Notes: generated by a model from the sequence alone, not told the origin. A stretch of 64,000 nucleotides of DNA from Candidatus Moraniibacteriota bacterium (GCA_013336225.1 JAAXUC010000001.1:99949-163948), one strand, 5' to 3'. Positions 49,451-59,092 are shown, counted from the stretch's first letter. Made by a program: numbers and translations.

Positions 49451-50170
49451 ATGGAATATAGATATACGGGAATCATCTTAAATAAGCGCAATGTGGGCGA
49501 AACTGACAGGATTTATACGATCTATACCCTTGAGGGTGGAAAAGTCAGGTCGCTGGCCAAAGGAGTGCGAAAATCACAGGCCAAACTGGCAGCCTCCTTG
49601 GAAAACATCACCTTGACTGACATCACAATCATCAAGAGCAGAGGACTGGGAAAAATCACTGGTTCAATTGTGGAAAACAATTTTTCCGAGCTCAAAAAGG
49701 ATTGCGATGCATTATTGGAAACATTTGCCGGATTGAGTATTTTTGAAAAATTGGTTGATTTTGAAAATCCTGATGCAAAAGTTTTTTCGTTGCTCAAGAA
49801 TTATCTGGAAGTGGTTGATTTTATTGCGCGCAGTGGAAATGTTGAAAAGCAGTTACTACTAAGACTTGGTTTTGTGGTGAAGCTTTTGGATCTGCTGGGT
49901 TATTCCATGGAAGTTGATCATTGTGTTGCTTGCGGAAAAAAGATTTCCGAAAAATTTCCTTGTTTCAGCTCGCAACATGGTGGAGCGCTTTGTGAAGATT
50001 GCGCCAAGGACAATGCCCAATGTTCATTGTCGGTGCGCGTCAATGTCATCAAGATGTTACGCTTGTTTTTGAAAAATAATCTGCAAGCTCTGATCAAGAT
50101 TAAGGCGACTCAGGAGGATTGTGACAGTGTACGCTTGGTGGTGGATGATTTTGTGAGATGGAACAGTTAA
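49451..50170 (+). CDS. recO: DNA repair protein RecO
   Basis: N-terminal OB fold (GIILNKRNVGETDRIYTIYTLEGGKV), C-terminal Zn-binding CVACGK...CEDC. A TATAAT box sits 6 nt upstream of the ATG. Confidence 0.75.
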   Translation: MEYRYTGIILNKRNVGETDRIYTIYTLEGGKVRSLAKGVRKSQAKLAASLENITLTDITIIKSRGLGKITGSIVENNFSELKKDCDALLETFAGLSIFEKLVDFENPDAKVFSLLKNYLEVVDFIARSGNVEKQLLLRLGFVVKLLDLLGYSMEVDHCVACGKKISEKFPCFSSQHGGALCEDCAKDNAQCSLSVRVNVIKMLRLFLKNNLQALIKIKATQEDCDSVRLVVDDFVRWNS

Positions 50171-50271
50171 AAAAACTCAAATCCAAAATCTAAATGTCAA
50201 ATAAATTACTTAAATCCAAATGTGTTAATCATCCCATTTGGATTTTTGTTATTAGGATTTTATTATCTAGC

Positions 50272-50400
50272 AAAACGAGCGAAATGATTTGTCAGCAGAC
50301 AATCATTTCCGAGTGAGTGACGATACCAAAAGGTTTAATACCTCGAGGCTTGCCTCGTGAGCCCAAAGGGTCCAGGGCTTGCCCTGGGGTATTAATACCC
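50272..50400 (+). repeat. About 120-bp repeat element, copy b (direct repeat of 49299-49421), upstream of the 50515 gene; includes CTTG-loop hairpins CGAGG-cttg-CCTCG and CCAGGG-cttg-CCCTGG
   Basis: Sequence identity with copy a over the hairpin core; see copy a. Confidence 0.6.
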
Positions 50401-50514
50401 TTTTATTTGACATTTGGTATTGAGATTTTTGATTTTGCTTGTTTTTTGTTTTAACAATACTGCATTTTGTGGTACAATATTATTGAACATAAAAATAATA
50501 TAGAAATAAAATAT

Positions 50515-52428
50515 ATGCCGCTCAATAATCTTAATCGGGAATTGTATAGTCAGCGTGAAAATGAAATTTCAAGTCGAAAGCATGAGCAGAGTGCTTATGA
50601 TCCGATGATTAATAATGCAAATGGATCTGTCAGTCCTTTTGATGAGCAGCAGCGCTGGAATCAGCCTCAAAAAGGTCTTTCTCCTGAGCAAAAAAAGAAA
50701 TTATGGATTGGCATTTCAATTTTCTTGTTTGTTGCACTTGTGATTGGAGGAATATTTTTCTATCAATGGTGGGCTAAAAATGCTTTTCATCAGGATCGTG
50801 TCAGCATTTCTTTTGAAGGTCCACTTTCAGCTGATAGCACGCAGCCAACAAAATATATCATTCACTACACTAATAACAATCGTGTGACTCTTAATAATGC
50901 TGAAATTCAACTCAGTTATCCCGAAAATTTTCAACCAACTGAGAATTTGAATTTGAAATATTTAAGTCCCTCTGCGAGCAAGATGTTTATTGGAGATGTG
51001 AAGCCCATGGCAAGCGGGCAAGTTGAATTGAATGGAGTCTTTTATGCTCCTAAAGATTATCCGGTTTATTTACGCGGCGAAATTCATTTCATTCCTTCTA
51101 ATGGAACGGAGGAACTTTTTATGGATAAGCAAATTGCGATCAATATAACGGCGGCACCAGTCGTGCTAAGCGTGGTCGCACCACAACAAGCAGTCAGTGG
51201 AGATGGATTGGAATATGTGGTCGATTACAAAAATCTTGATCAAAAACGCATCAGTGACGTGCAAATTCGTATTGATTTTCCCCAGGGATTTGAAATGAGT
51301 TCTGCCACACCTAGGCCATCAGAAAAAGAGTCTTATTGGTATATCGGAAACCTGGAGCCAAATCAAGGCGGAAAAATAAGCATTACTGGGAAAATTAAAG
51401 GCAGTAGCAATGAAGGCAAAAATATCATTGTTTCTCTTGGTCATATTGGTGGAGATAATCAGTTTGTGGTTTTCAATAAACAAGAATTGGCGACGCGCAT
51501 TGTTTCTCCTGTCTTGACCGTGGCACAAAAATTGGATGGCAAAGACACTGGAGTGGCCAGTGCTGGCGAGCTTTTGAAATATACGGTGACATATCAAAAC
51601 ACGGGAACAATCGGGCTTCGCGATGCCATTGTCACAGCAGAAATCAAGGGTAATGTTTTGGATTTTTCCAAAATAAGCGTGCAAAACGGCTCATATGACA
51701 GCGCAAAAAATAGCATCATCTGGAAAGCTTCGGATGTTCCAGCATTGGCCAATATAAATCCTGGTGCTGGCGGCAGCGTGCAATTCAGCATTCCAGTGAA
51801 AGCGGTTATTCCAGTTGAAAGCAAGCTTGATAAGAATTTCGCCATTTCTTCAATTGCAAAGATTGACAGCCCTGACATTCCCACGCCCCTTGATTCCAAT
51901 AAGATAATTGGCAGTAATAAGCTTGAAGTGAGGCTTGCTTCAAAAGTTCTCTTTGAAACGAAGGGATATTATACGGAAGAAAAAATTAAGAATTCTGGAC
52001 CGATTCCTTTGGAATCAGGCAAAGAGACGACATTTACACTGCATTGGCAAATCACTAATGTCTCCAATGATCTCACTGAAGCTTTGGTTGTTTCAGCATT
52101 GCCGTCTGGAGTGCGTTTCACTAATAAAATTTATCCATCCAATGAGAAGATTTCATATAATGAAAGAACAAACCAGCTTATTTGGAATGCTGGTGATGTC
52201 CCTGCAGGCGCTGGTGTGCTTGTGCCGCCGCGTGAAGTTATTTTTCAGGTAGGTGTCACTCCGCAAACAAATCAAGTTGGAAACATGCTGGATTTGCTTA
52301 ATAAATCCATTCTCACTGCCAAGGATGATTTTGTGGGACAAGGTGTAACACTGGATGGTGGAGCTAAAAACACAACTCTATATGAAGATCCTGCTATTGG
52401 ATATACTAATGGCAAAGTGGCTAAGTAA
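50515..52428 (+). CDS. Hypothetical membrane-anchored protein with large extracytoplasmic beta-rich repeat domains
   Basis: Long ORF (start at 50467 or 50515), one TM helix, repeated NxGTxxLRDAxVTAEI-like segments; family not recognised with confidence. Confidence 0.4.
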   Translation: MPLNNLNRELYSQRENEISSRKHEQSAYDPMINNANGSVSPFDEQQRWNQPQKGLSPEQKKKLWIGISIFLFVALVIGGIFFYQWWAKNAFHQDRVSISFEGPLSADSTQPTKYIIHYTNNNRVTLNNAEIQLSYPENFQPTENLNLKYLSPSASKMFIGDVKPMASGQVELNGVFYAPKDYPVYLRGEIHFIPSNGTEELFMDKQIAINITAAPVVLSVVAPQQAVSGDGLEYVVDYKNLDQKRISDVQIRIDFPQGFEMSSATPRPSEKESYWYIGNLEPNQGGKISITGKIKGSSNEGKNIIVSLGHIGGDNQFVVFNKQELATRIVSPVLTVAQKLDGKDTGVASAGELLKYTVTYQNTGTIGLRDAIVTAEIKGNVLDFSKISVQNGSYDSAKNSIIWKASDVPALANINPGAGGSVQFSIPVKAVIPVESKLDKNFAISSIAKIDSPDIPTPLDSNKIIGSNKLEVRLASKVLFETKGYYTEEKIKNSGPIPLESGKETTFTLHWQITNVSNDLTEALVVSALPSGVRFTNKIYPSNEKISYNERTNQLIWNAGDVPAGAGVLVPPREVIFQVGVTPQTNQVGNMLDLLNKSILTAKDDFVGQGVTLDGGAKNTTLYEDPAIGYTNGKVAK

Positions 52429-52444
52429 AAAAACAGAACAGCTG

Positions 52445-52510
52445 TCGGTCATTAGTCATCCGTCATCAAAAAATTCATCAAGCCTTTGAGGCGCGATGAC
52501 AGATGACGGA
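52445..52510 (+). terminator. Long GTCAT-repeat hairpin after the 50515 gene
   Basis: GTCGGTCATTAGTCATCCGTCATC ... GATGACAGATGACGGATGAC inverted repeat. The GTCAT-repeat family also occurs at 14265-14320 and in-frame in uvrC at 31558-31590. Confidence 0.45.
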
Positions 52511-52596
52511 TGACTTTTAATTATACGAATTAATATATTTATTCATAACAAGTATGGAATCATACGCAATATATGGTTTTGAAAAAGGTAAGTAAT

Positions 52597-52715
52597 GTTT
52601 TTGATTTGCCTATTTCCTCTTGAGAGCACGCTTCGCAGCCGAAATCTATGGCTGCTCACTCGGACCTCGCTGTCGCTCGCTACGGCTTCAAGAGAAAATA
52701 GGCAAATCAAAAACC
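52597..52715 (+). repeat. About 115-nt palindromic element, copy 2 (outer stem sequence differs from copy 1 but remains complementary)
   Basis: GTTTTTGATTTGCCTATTTCCTCTTGA...core...TCAAGAGAAAATAGGCAAATCAAAAAC. Confidence 0.7.
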
Positions 52716-52764
52716 ACATATTGCGCTTGATCCTAAGTATGCTGGACTTAATTGAAATTTGGTT

Positions 52765-52770
52765 TATAAT
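52765..52770 (+). promoter_or_regulatory. TATAAT -10 box 8 nt upstream of the tgt ATG (leaderless-type promoter)
   Basis: GGTTTATAATgggacgatATG. Confidence 0.4.
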
Positions 52771-52778
52771 GGGACGAT

Positions 52779-53897
52779 ATGTTTACATTGATTTCACAGC
52801 AACAAAAGAAGCGCATTGGATTGCTTAAAACTAAAAACGGTGTAATTAATACGCCGTTTTTCATGCCGATTGCAACTAAGGGCGCGGTAAAAAATGTTTC
52901 TCCTGAAGATTTGCTGGCTTTGGGCGCGGAAATTGTGCTGGGAAACACTTATCATCTTTGGCTCAGGCCAGGAGATGATCTTATTGCGCGGGCAGGTGGA
53001 CTCCATAAATTCATGCATTGGAGTGGACCAATTTTGACTGATTCTGGTGGTTATCAAGTTTTTTCACTTGGCGCGCGAGCCAAAGAAAAATATGGGACCA
53101 ATGGCGTCAAACTTAGTGAGCAAGGAGTTGATTTTGCTGATCCCTTAAATGGCAGCCGACATTTCATGTCGCCGGAAAAATCAATTGACATTCAACTTAA
53201 TCTTGGTTCTGACATGATCATGGTGCTGGATGAATGTCCGCCATATCCATGCTCACACAGTGCTGCCAAAAAATCACTGGAACTCACCACGCGTTGGGCT
53301 GCTCGCTGCCTGACTTATTTTCAAGAAAAAACCAAGCATCTTTCCAGGGAAAACCGTCCCTTGCTTTTCGCGATTGTGCAGGGAAGTGTCTATGAAGATT
53401 TGCGAAAAGAATCAGCCAAGCAATTGACTGCCATGGATTTCGATGGTTTTGCAATTGGCGGTGTGGCAGTGGGCGAACCTAGAAAACATCTCTATGAAAT
53501 TTTGCAGTGGGTGGTGCCCTTTTTGCCTGCTGACAAACCGCGCTATTTGATGGGACTTGGAAAACCTGAAGAATTAGTGGCAGCTGTTGAGGCTGGAATG
53601 GATATGTTTGATTGTGTCATTCCCACGAGAGAAGGTAGGCACGGAAGACTTTTTGTTTGGAAAGAGGGGAACAATTTGAGTGGAGATTTTTATGAAACAA
53701 TAAATATCAATAATGAACAATTCAGGGAAGACTTCACACCGATAGACTCAAATTGTGATTGCTATGCTTGCAAAAACTTCACCAAAGCTTATCTCAATCA
53801 TTTGCTCAGAACAAATGAGCCATTCTTTCTGAAGCTTGCTTCAGTGCATAATTTGAATTTCTATCTGAAATTGATGAAATTGCTCGGCGAAAAATGA
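52779..53897 (+). CDS. tgt: Queuine tRNA-ribosyltransferase
   Basis: GVINTPFFMPIATKGAVK, LGNTYHL, DSGGYQ, and Zn site CDCYAC...H. Confidence 0.9.
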   Translation: MFTLISQQQKKRIGLLKTKNGVINTPFFMPIATKGAVKNVSPEDLLALGAEIVLGNTYHLWLRPGDDLIARAGGLHKFMHWSGPILTDSGGYQVFSLGARAKEKYGTNGVKLSEQGVDFADPLNGSRHFMSPEKSIDIQLNLGSDMIMVLDECPPYPCSHSAAKKSLELTTRWAARCLTYFQEKTKHLSRENRPLLFAIVQGSVYEDLRKESAKQLTAMDFDGFAIGGVAVGEPRKHLYEILQWVVPFLPADKPRYLMGLGKPEELVAAVEAGMDMFDCVIPTREGRHGRLFVWKEGNNLSGDFYETININNEQFREDFTPIDSNCDCYACKNFTKAYLNHLLRTNEPFFLKLASVHNLNFYLKLMKLLGEK

Positions 53898-54000
53898 AAG
53901 AAAATCAAATAGCAATACGTATCATATCAATAGGTGCGTAAAATTATAAAAAGCGGAAATTTTTTAGGCTCAGGCCTATTGCATATTTCTAACAAATGAC

Positions 54001-54321
54001 ATGGCAAAAAAAGAAAAAAAAGTCATAAAACAATCAACTGAAGCTGGTAAGCAGTTTTTGGAAGTGAGCAAGTTTTTCAAGATTGTGGCTGATGAAAATC
54101 GCTTGAAGATCTTGGTTTTATTGGAAGGCAGCAGCATGAATGTCACCGACATTCATAGTAAATTGAAGCTTCCGCAAAATCTGACTTCACATCACATTTC
54201 TAAGTTGAAAACTTTGGATCTTCTGCTGGAAAAACGCGAAGGGACTTTCAGGAATTACAGCGTTAATACTAAGAAGCTCAAGGAATACAATAAAATGTGT
54301 AAAGAGCTGTTTAAGATCTAG
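54001..54321 (+). CDS. ArsR/SmtB-family transcriptional regulator
   Basis: ENRLKILVLL...MNVTDIHSKLKLPQNLTSHHISKLKTLDLL wHTH. Confidence 0.7.
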   Translation: MAKKEKKVIKQSTEAGKQFLEVSKFFKIVADENRLKILVLLEGSSMNVTDIHSKLKLPQNLTSHHISKLKTLDLLLEKREGTFRNYSVNTKKLKEYNKMCKELFKI

Positions 54322-54347
54322 TATTTTTAGTTGCAATTGCATTTGAA

Positions 54348-54379
54348 AAAGCCCAGCGCAAGCTGCGGCTTTTTTTGAT
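54348..54379 (+). terminator. Terminator after the ArsR-like gene
   Basis: AAAAAGCCCAGCGCAAGCTGCGGCTTTTTTTG. Confidence 0.6.
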
Positions 54380-54409
54380 TATGTATAATACTGGATCATG
54401 TGCAATATT

Positions 54410-54527
54410 TTTTTTGTTTCACCTGTTTTTTCTTGAAGCCGTAGCGAACGACAGTGAGGTCCGAGTGAGCAGCCATGAATTTCGGCTGCGAAACGTGCTC
54501 TCAAGAGAAAACAGGTGAAACAAAAAA
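54410..54527 (-). repeat. About 115-nt palindromic element, copy 3 (reverse orientation)
   Basis: Reverse complement matches the copy 1/2 core (GAGAGCACGTTTCGCAGCCGAAATTCATGGCTGCTCACTCGGACCTCACTGTCGTTCGCTACGGCTTCAAGA). Confidence 0.7.
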
Positions 54528-54777
54528 ATCCTTCTTTTGCTCCTGGAATATTATATTGCGAGTGACCCACAATACCTGGTTCTTCTGATTTACTCATCTC
54601 CTTTTTTGGCACATTTTTGACTGAAAATCATAGTCAAAAAACTTACTCGCTCTCGCTGCGTAGGTCCTAAAAAGAAAATAAGCAAATCAGAAGGCATCAA
54701 TCTTGCTTTAAGTGTATTTGCAAAAAAAGCTTATTTTAGGTATTATTGATTCATAAGTCTTATGGATATTACATCTT

Positions 54778-55902
54778 ATGAATTCTAAGAAACGCATTTT
54801 TTCAGGAGTACAGCCAAGCGGCAATTTGCATATTGGCAATTATTTGGGAGCGATTGCAAACTGGGTTAAATTGCAGGATGAATTTGATTCCATTTTTTGT
54901 GTGGTGGATATGCATGCCATCACCGTGCAGCAAGATCCTGAAGAATTGAGAAAAAAAACCATTGAAATTGCCAAGATATATTTGGCAGCGGGAATTGATC
55001 CAAAAAAATCATCCATCTTTATTCAATCGCAAGTGAGTGAGCATGCAGAACTTTGTTGGATTTTAAATACAATTGTGAAAAATGGTGAGTTGGCAAAAAT
55101 GACACAGTTCAAAGTTAAAACTGGAATTTTCGATGAATTATCAGAGAGTGAGTCTTCTAAGGAGGTAAAGGAGAAAGCAAATGAAATTGGCGGTGTTGAA
55201 TCGGAAAAAAATGCAAAATATGCCGCGTTTCAATTAGCAAAAAAGATATTCGAAATATACAAAAAAGAATTTAATGATGCTGGTACTGGGCTTTTTGACT
55301 ATCCAGTTTTGATGGCGGCTGATATTTTGCTGTATGGAACTGATGTGGTGCCAGTGGGTGAAGATCAGAAACAACATGTGGAATTGGCGCGTGATTTAGC
55401 CAAAAGATTTAATCAAAAATTTGGTGAGACATTTGTTGTGCCAGAGTCGCGCATCAAAAAAGAAGGGATGCGTGTGATGGGCTTGGATAATCCTGAAAAG
55501 AAGATGAGCAAATCCGCTGAGTCTGTTTATAATCGCATTGAGCTGTTGGATAGCGCTGAAATAATCCGCAAGAAAATCAAAAAGGCTGTGACTGATTCTG
55601 GCTCAGAAATTGTGTATAGCGATGAAAAGCCGGCCTTGAAAAATCTGATCAATATCTATGCAGCATTTTCAGAAAAAACCCCTAAGGAAATTGAAAGCAT
55701 ATATGCCGGCAAAGGTTATGGAGATTTTAAGACTGATTTGGCTGAGATTATCGTGGGATTTTTGACTCCCTTTCAAGAAAGATATGCTGCAATTTCAGAC
55801 CAGGAGGTGTTGGAGATTCTTCGCGCTGGAAAAGAAAAAGTTCAAACACTTGCAAAGGCGAAGCTTGATGAGGTTAAAACAAAAATTGGTTTTATCGTCT
55901 AG
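54778..55902 (+). CDS. trpS: Tryptophanyl-tRNA synthetase (with about 45-aa Lys/Glu-rich insertion)
   Basis: PSGNLHIGNYLG (HIGH) and KMSKS; the insertion lies between FKVKTG and GLFDYPVLMAADIL. Confidence 0.9.
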   Translation: MNSKKRIFSGVQPSGNLHIGNYLGAIANWVKLQDEFDSIFCVVDMHAITVQQDPEELRKKTIEIAKIYLAAGIDPKKSSIFIQSQVSEHAELCWILNTIVKNGELAKMTQFKVKTGIFDELSESESSKEVKEKANEIGGVESEKNAKYAAFQLAKKIFEIYKKEFNDAGTGLFDYPVLMAADILLYGTDVVPVGEDQKQHVELARDLAKRFNQKFGETFVVPESRIKKEGMRVMGLDNPEKKMSKSAESVYNRIELLDSAEIIRKKIKKAVTDSGSEIVYSDEKPALKNLINIYAAFSEKTPKEIESIYAGKGYGDFKTDLAEIIVGFLTPFQERYAAISDQEVLEILRAGKEKVQTLAKAKLDEVKTKIGFIV

Positions 55903-56097
55903 CCATTAAATATGTGCTGAATTGCACTATTTGTATTAAGTCGTAAAAAGTTATATAATATATAGTATAATAGTCCTGAGTGATACTCTTGTCATGCAGT
56001 TGTTTGTTTGAAAATAAATAAAATAAAATTTCGAATACTTGTTTTAATTTCAGTTGGTTTAGACGCTCATAAAAATAAAAATAGACACCATAGCAAT

Positions 56098-56496
56098 ATG
56101 ACCACTAACGAAAATAAAAAAAAGATTATACTTGCCGTTGATGATGACGCTGATTTGTTGGAACTAAATGTCATCGCTCTTTCCGCAAAAGGTTTTGAGG
56201 TGCTGGAAGCGGGGAATGGTAAGGAAGCGATGGAATGGTTGGACAGAAAAGGGGATGAAATTGAATTGATATTGCTAGACATTGTCATGCCAATCATGGA
56301 TGGTTTTGAGGTGCTCGAAAAAATACAGAAAAGTGAAAAATATCGAAAAATTCCAGTGATCGTGGCTTCAAATCTGGAAAGCGATGCTGACAGGCAGGCA
56401 GCCTTTGCCTTGGGAGCTAAAGATTTTTTTGAAAAAGTCAAAATGAATCCAAGTAGTGTCGCTGAAAAGATTAAGGAAATAATTGAAAAAAAATAA
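56098..56496 (+). CDS. Orphan response-regulator receiver domain (CheY-like)
   Basis: ILAVDDD...LILLDIVMPIMDGFEVL...VIVASN receiver motifs. Start taken at ATG 56098 (MTTNENKKKIIL); the tracked ORF starts upstream at 56008. Confidence 0.6.
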   Translation: MTTNENKKKIILAVDDDADLLELNVIALSAKGFEVLEAGNGKEAMEWLDRKGDEIELILLDIVMPIMDGFEVLEKIQKSEKYRKIPVIVASNLESDADRQAAFALGAKDFFEKVKMNPSSVAEKIKEIIEKK

Positions 56497-56511
56497 TCAT
56501 TATCTAGCGAA

Positions 56512-57600
56512 ATGAAGAAATTACTTAAAAAATTGTCATGTTGTCTTCCGCCAGTGTTGCTGGATTATTTTGAATGGCTTTTTGCTGATGCGGCCGAAAA
56601 TCAATTGAGAATCACAAAGGCAAACAAAAACAAATTTCGTTCATACACCCAGCTGAAAAGACATCAAAAGAAACTCAAATTTTATGTGGGCGGTTTTTTC
56701 TTGGTGCTGATTTCCTTATTTATGGGCTTGATTATTGGGCCAATCATATCTCCCGCCCCAATTCCTCCTGAGTTGTACATTCCAAATGGAAGAGGTGATA
56801 TTTTGCTGGGAAATATTTCCAAGAATCAAGTGACGATGATTTTCAAGACCTTGGATAGCGCCAATAATAATGAACCACTTGCCACTAAAGCTGTGGTGGA
56901 AGTTTACAATGATGAGAATTACACGAAATTGGTACGCAGAACAACTGAGGATGATTATGCTATTACGCATATTATCCCGGTAGATTCTTTGCAAGAAGGA
57001 AATCTTTATTATATTCGCATTGTCGCCAGACATGATGCAATAACTGGTAGTCAGACCAAGGTTGTTTCTTCTTGGGGCGACGGACGAGATCCGATACGCG
57101 TTTACACAACAGGTGAGATTGCTCAAAGCTGCATCCCAGTTAAGCAAGCTGAGTCTCCGCCAATTGCGAGTGACGAGATTGATGCGGTTAAAATTTCAGA
57201 TGTCATGAATGAATCTCAAAATCAAAATGCAATTGTCGCTAATAATAGTTTGCAAATTTCAAATGTGATGAATGAAAGTTATTTGCAACCAAAAAACAAA
57301 ATTCAGACAATAATTTCTTGGAACACAAACAAGCCAGCCACGACAGTGTTGCTATATGAGGAGACTGCTTCAAGAGAAAAAATTGAAATTATCATCAATA
57401 ATCAATTGCAGGATAAGCATGCGGCAATTTTAACCACCTTGAAAGCTGGAACTGCATATTTGTTTAGTGTGAAATCAGTTGATAAGGACGGCAAGACTGT
57501 GATTTCAGAGCAATATTCATTGCGCACTCCAAAGCCTCAGTCAACGATTAGTGAAAAAATCAAGGAAAGTTTCAAGTCAATCTTCAAGAAACAAAAATAA
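56512..57600 (+). CDS. Hypothetical membrane-anchored protein
   Basis: 362-aa ORF, N-terminal TM helix, internal duplicated SDVMNES / SNVMNES segment. Confidence 0.4.
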   Translation: MKKLLKKLSCCLPPVLLDYFEWLFADAAENQLRITKANKNKFRSYTQLKRHQKKLKFYVGGFFLVLISLFMGLIIGPIISPAPIPPELYIPNGRGDILLGNISKNQVTMIFKTLDSANNNEPLATKAVVEVYNDENYTKLVRRTTEDDYAITHIIPVDSLQEGNLYYIRIVARHDAITGSQTKVVSSWGDGRDPIRVYTTGEIAQSCIPVKQAESPPIASDEIDAVKISDVMNESQNQNAIVANNSLQISNVMNESYLQPKNKIQTIISWNTNKPATTVLLYEETASREKIEIIINNQLQDKHAAILTTLKAGTAYLFSVKSVDKDGKTVISEQYSLRTPKPQSTISEKIKESFKSIFKKQK

Positions 57601-57709
57601 TCATTACAACAAGTCTTTCAACAAAAACTCCAGAATGATTCTGGAGTTTTTGTTTTAAGTATTTCTATTGCCATGTGCAATATATAATTCTTTATGTTAA
57701 GTTTTTTTG

Positions 57710-59092
57710 CTACCCACGGATGATGGCCAGCAGCTCATCTCGTTTTTCCTCCATCAATTTATTATTTTTTGCTTCTACATTTAGTCGTATGAGTGGTTCA
57801 GTGTTTGAGCCTCGCACATTGAATCTCCAATTGTTCAAGTCATTAGTAGTGTCGATAAAATCAAGAGAGACGCCATCTTGCAGATCGCTTTTGGATGACT
57901 GTGCGATGTATTTGAATCTTATTTTCTCAATGACTGCTGAAACGTCAGCAACTTCATTATTGATTTCTCCACTGACATGATAAGTGTCCCAAAACATTTC
58001 CTGAATGATTTGAGAAAAAGGTTTTTCCTGCTTGGAAAGGAATTCCAAGATCATCACAAGTGGTATCATGCCACAATCACAGAAAAAATAATCACGGAAA
58101 TAATAATGCGCACTCATTTCACCTCCAAAAACAGCATTCTCTTGGCGCATACGCTCCTTGATGAAAGCGTGTCCTGCTTTGGTTGGCACATTGGTTCCTC
58201 CATTTTGACTGGCGATATCTTCAATTGCCCAGGTTAGGCGAGTGTCATGCAGAATTTTTTCGCCGTTTTTTCTGTCCAGAAAAATCTTGGCCAGCAGCGC
58301 TGTGATGAAATAACCCTCAATGAATTCCCCCTTTTCGGTGAAGAAGAAGCAGCGATCAGCATCGGCATCCCAAGCAACTCCAAAATCAGCGCCTGTTTCC
58401 ACCACTAGTTTGGAAATTTCTTCCCGATTGGTCGGGATGAGCGGATCTGGTCTGCCCTTGGGAAAATTTCCATCCGGTTCGTAATTTATTTTTACTATAT
58501 CAAGCTTGGTTCCTTCGAGAATTTTTGTCAGGGCGCGTCCACCGACTCCGAAATTGGGATTGGCCACGATTTTGAATTTTTTGAATTTGGAAAAGTCCGC
58601 AAAGGATTGAATTTTTTCGGCGTAATCGTTGAGGATATCTTTTTTCTCAACCAAGCTTTCATTGATTTCGCCATCCAGCACAACCGGATCGACGTCCAAG
58701 GCGAACGCCATATCGCGGATGTCGTAGATTCCGGTGTCGCCGGAAATCGGCTTGGACTGTTCACGCACGATCTTCATGCCATTGTATTCTCCTGGATTGT
58801 GTGAGGCAGTCAAGGTTATTCCTCCAGCATAACCATAATTGGCCACAGAGAAATATAACATGTCAGTTGAAATTTCTCCCACATCAATGACTCTGATTCC
58901 CTGATCGGTGATGGCCTTGATGGCTGCTTTTTTCAGGGCAGGTGAGGAAAGGCGAACGTCGCAGCCGACAACCAATTCTGTCGGTTTGAGAAATTGGCAC
59001 AAGGAAGTGGCAATCTTGTAGACATCAAGCTCATTGATCTCGGTGGGATAAATTCCGCGGATGTCATAAGCTTTGAAAATATTTTTATTCAT
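57710..59092 (-). CDS. Phosphomannomutase/phosphoglucomutase (alpha-D-phosphohexomutase)
   Basis: Active-site TASHNPGEYNGMKI and metal-binding DADADR. Confidence 0.8.
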   Translation of the reverse strand: MNKNIFKAYDIRGIYPTEINELDVYKIATSLCQFLKPTELVVGCDVRLSSPALKKAAIKAITDQGIRVIDVGEISTDMLYFSVANYGYAGGITLTASHNPGEYNGMKIVREQSKPISGDTGIYDIRDMAFALDVDPVVLDGEINESLVEKKDILNDYAEKIQSFADFSKFKKFKIVANPNFGVGGRALTKILEGTKLDIVKINYEPDGNFPKGRPDPLIPTNREEISKLVVETGADFGVAWDADADRCFFFTEKGEFIEGYFITALLAKIFLDRKNGEKILHDTRLTWAIEDIASQNGGTNVPTKAGHAFIKERMRQENAVFGGEMSAHYYFRDYFFCDCGMIPLVMILEFLSKQEKPFSQIIQEMFWDTYHVSGEINNEVADVSAVIEKIRFKYIAQSSKSDLQDGVSLDFIDTTNDLNNWRFNVRGSNTEPLIRLNVEAKNNKLMEEKRDELLAIIRG

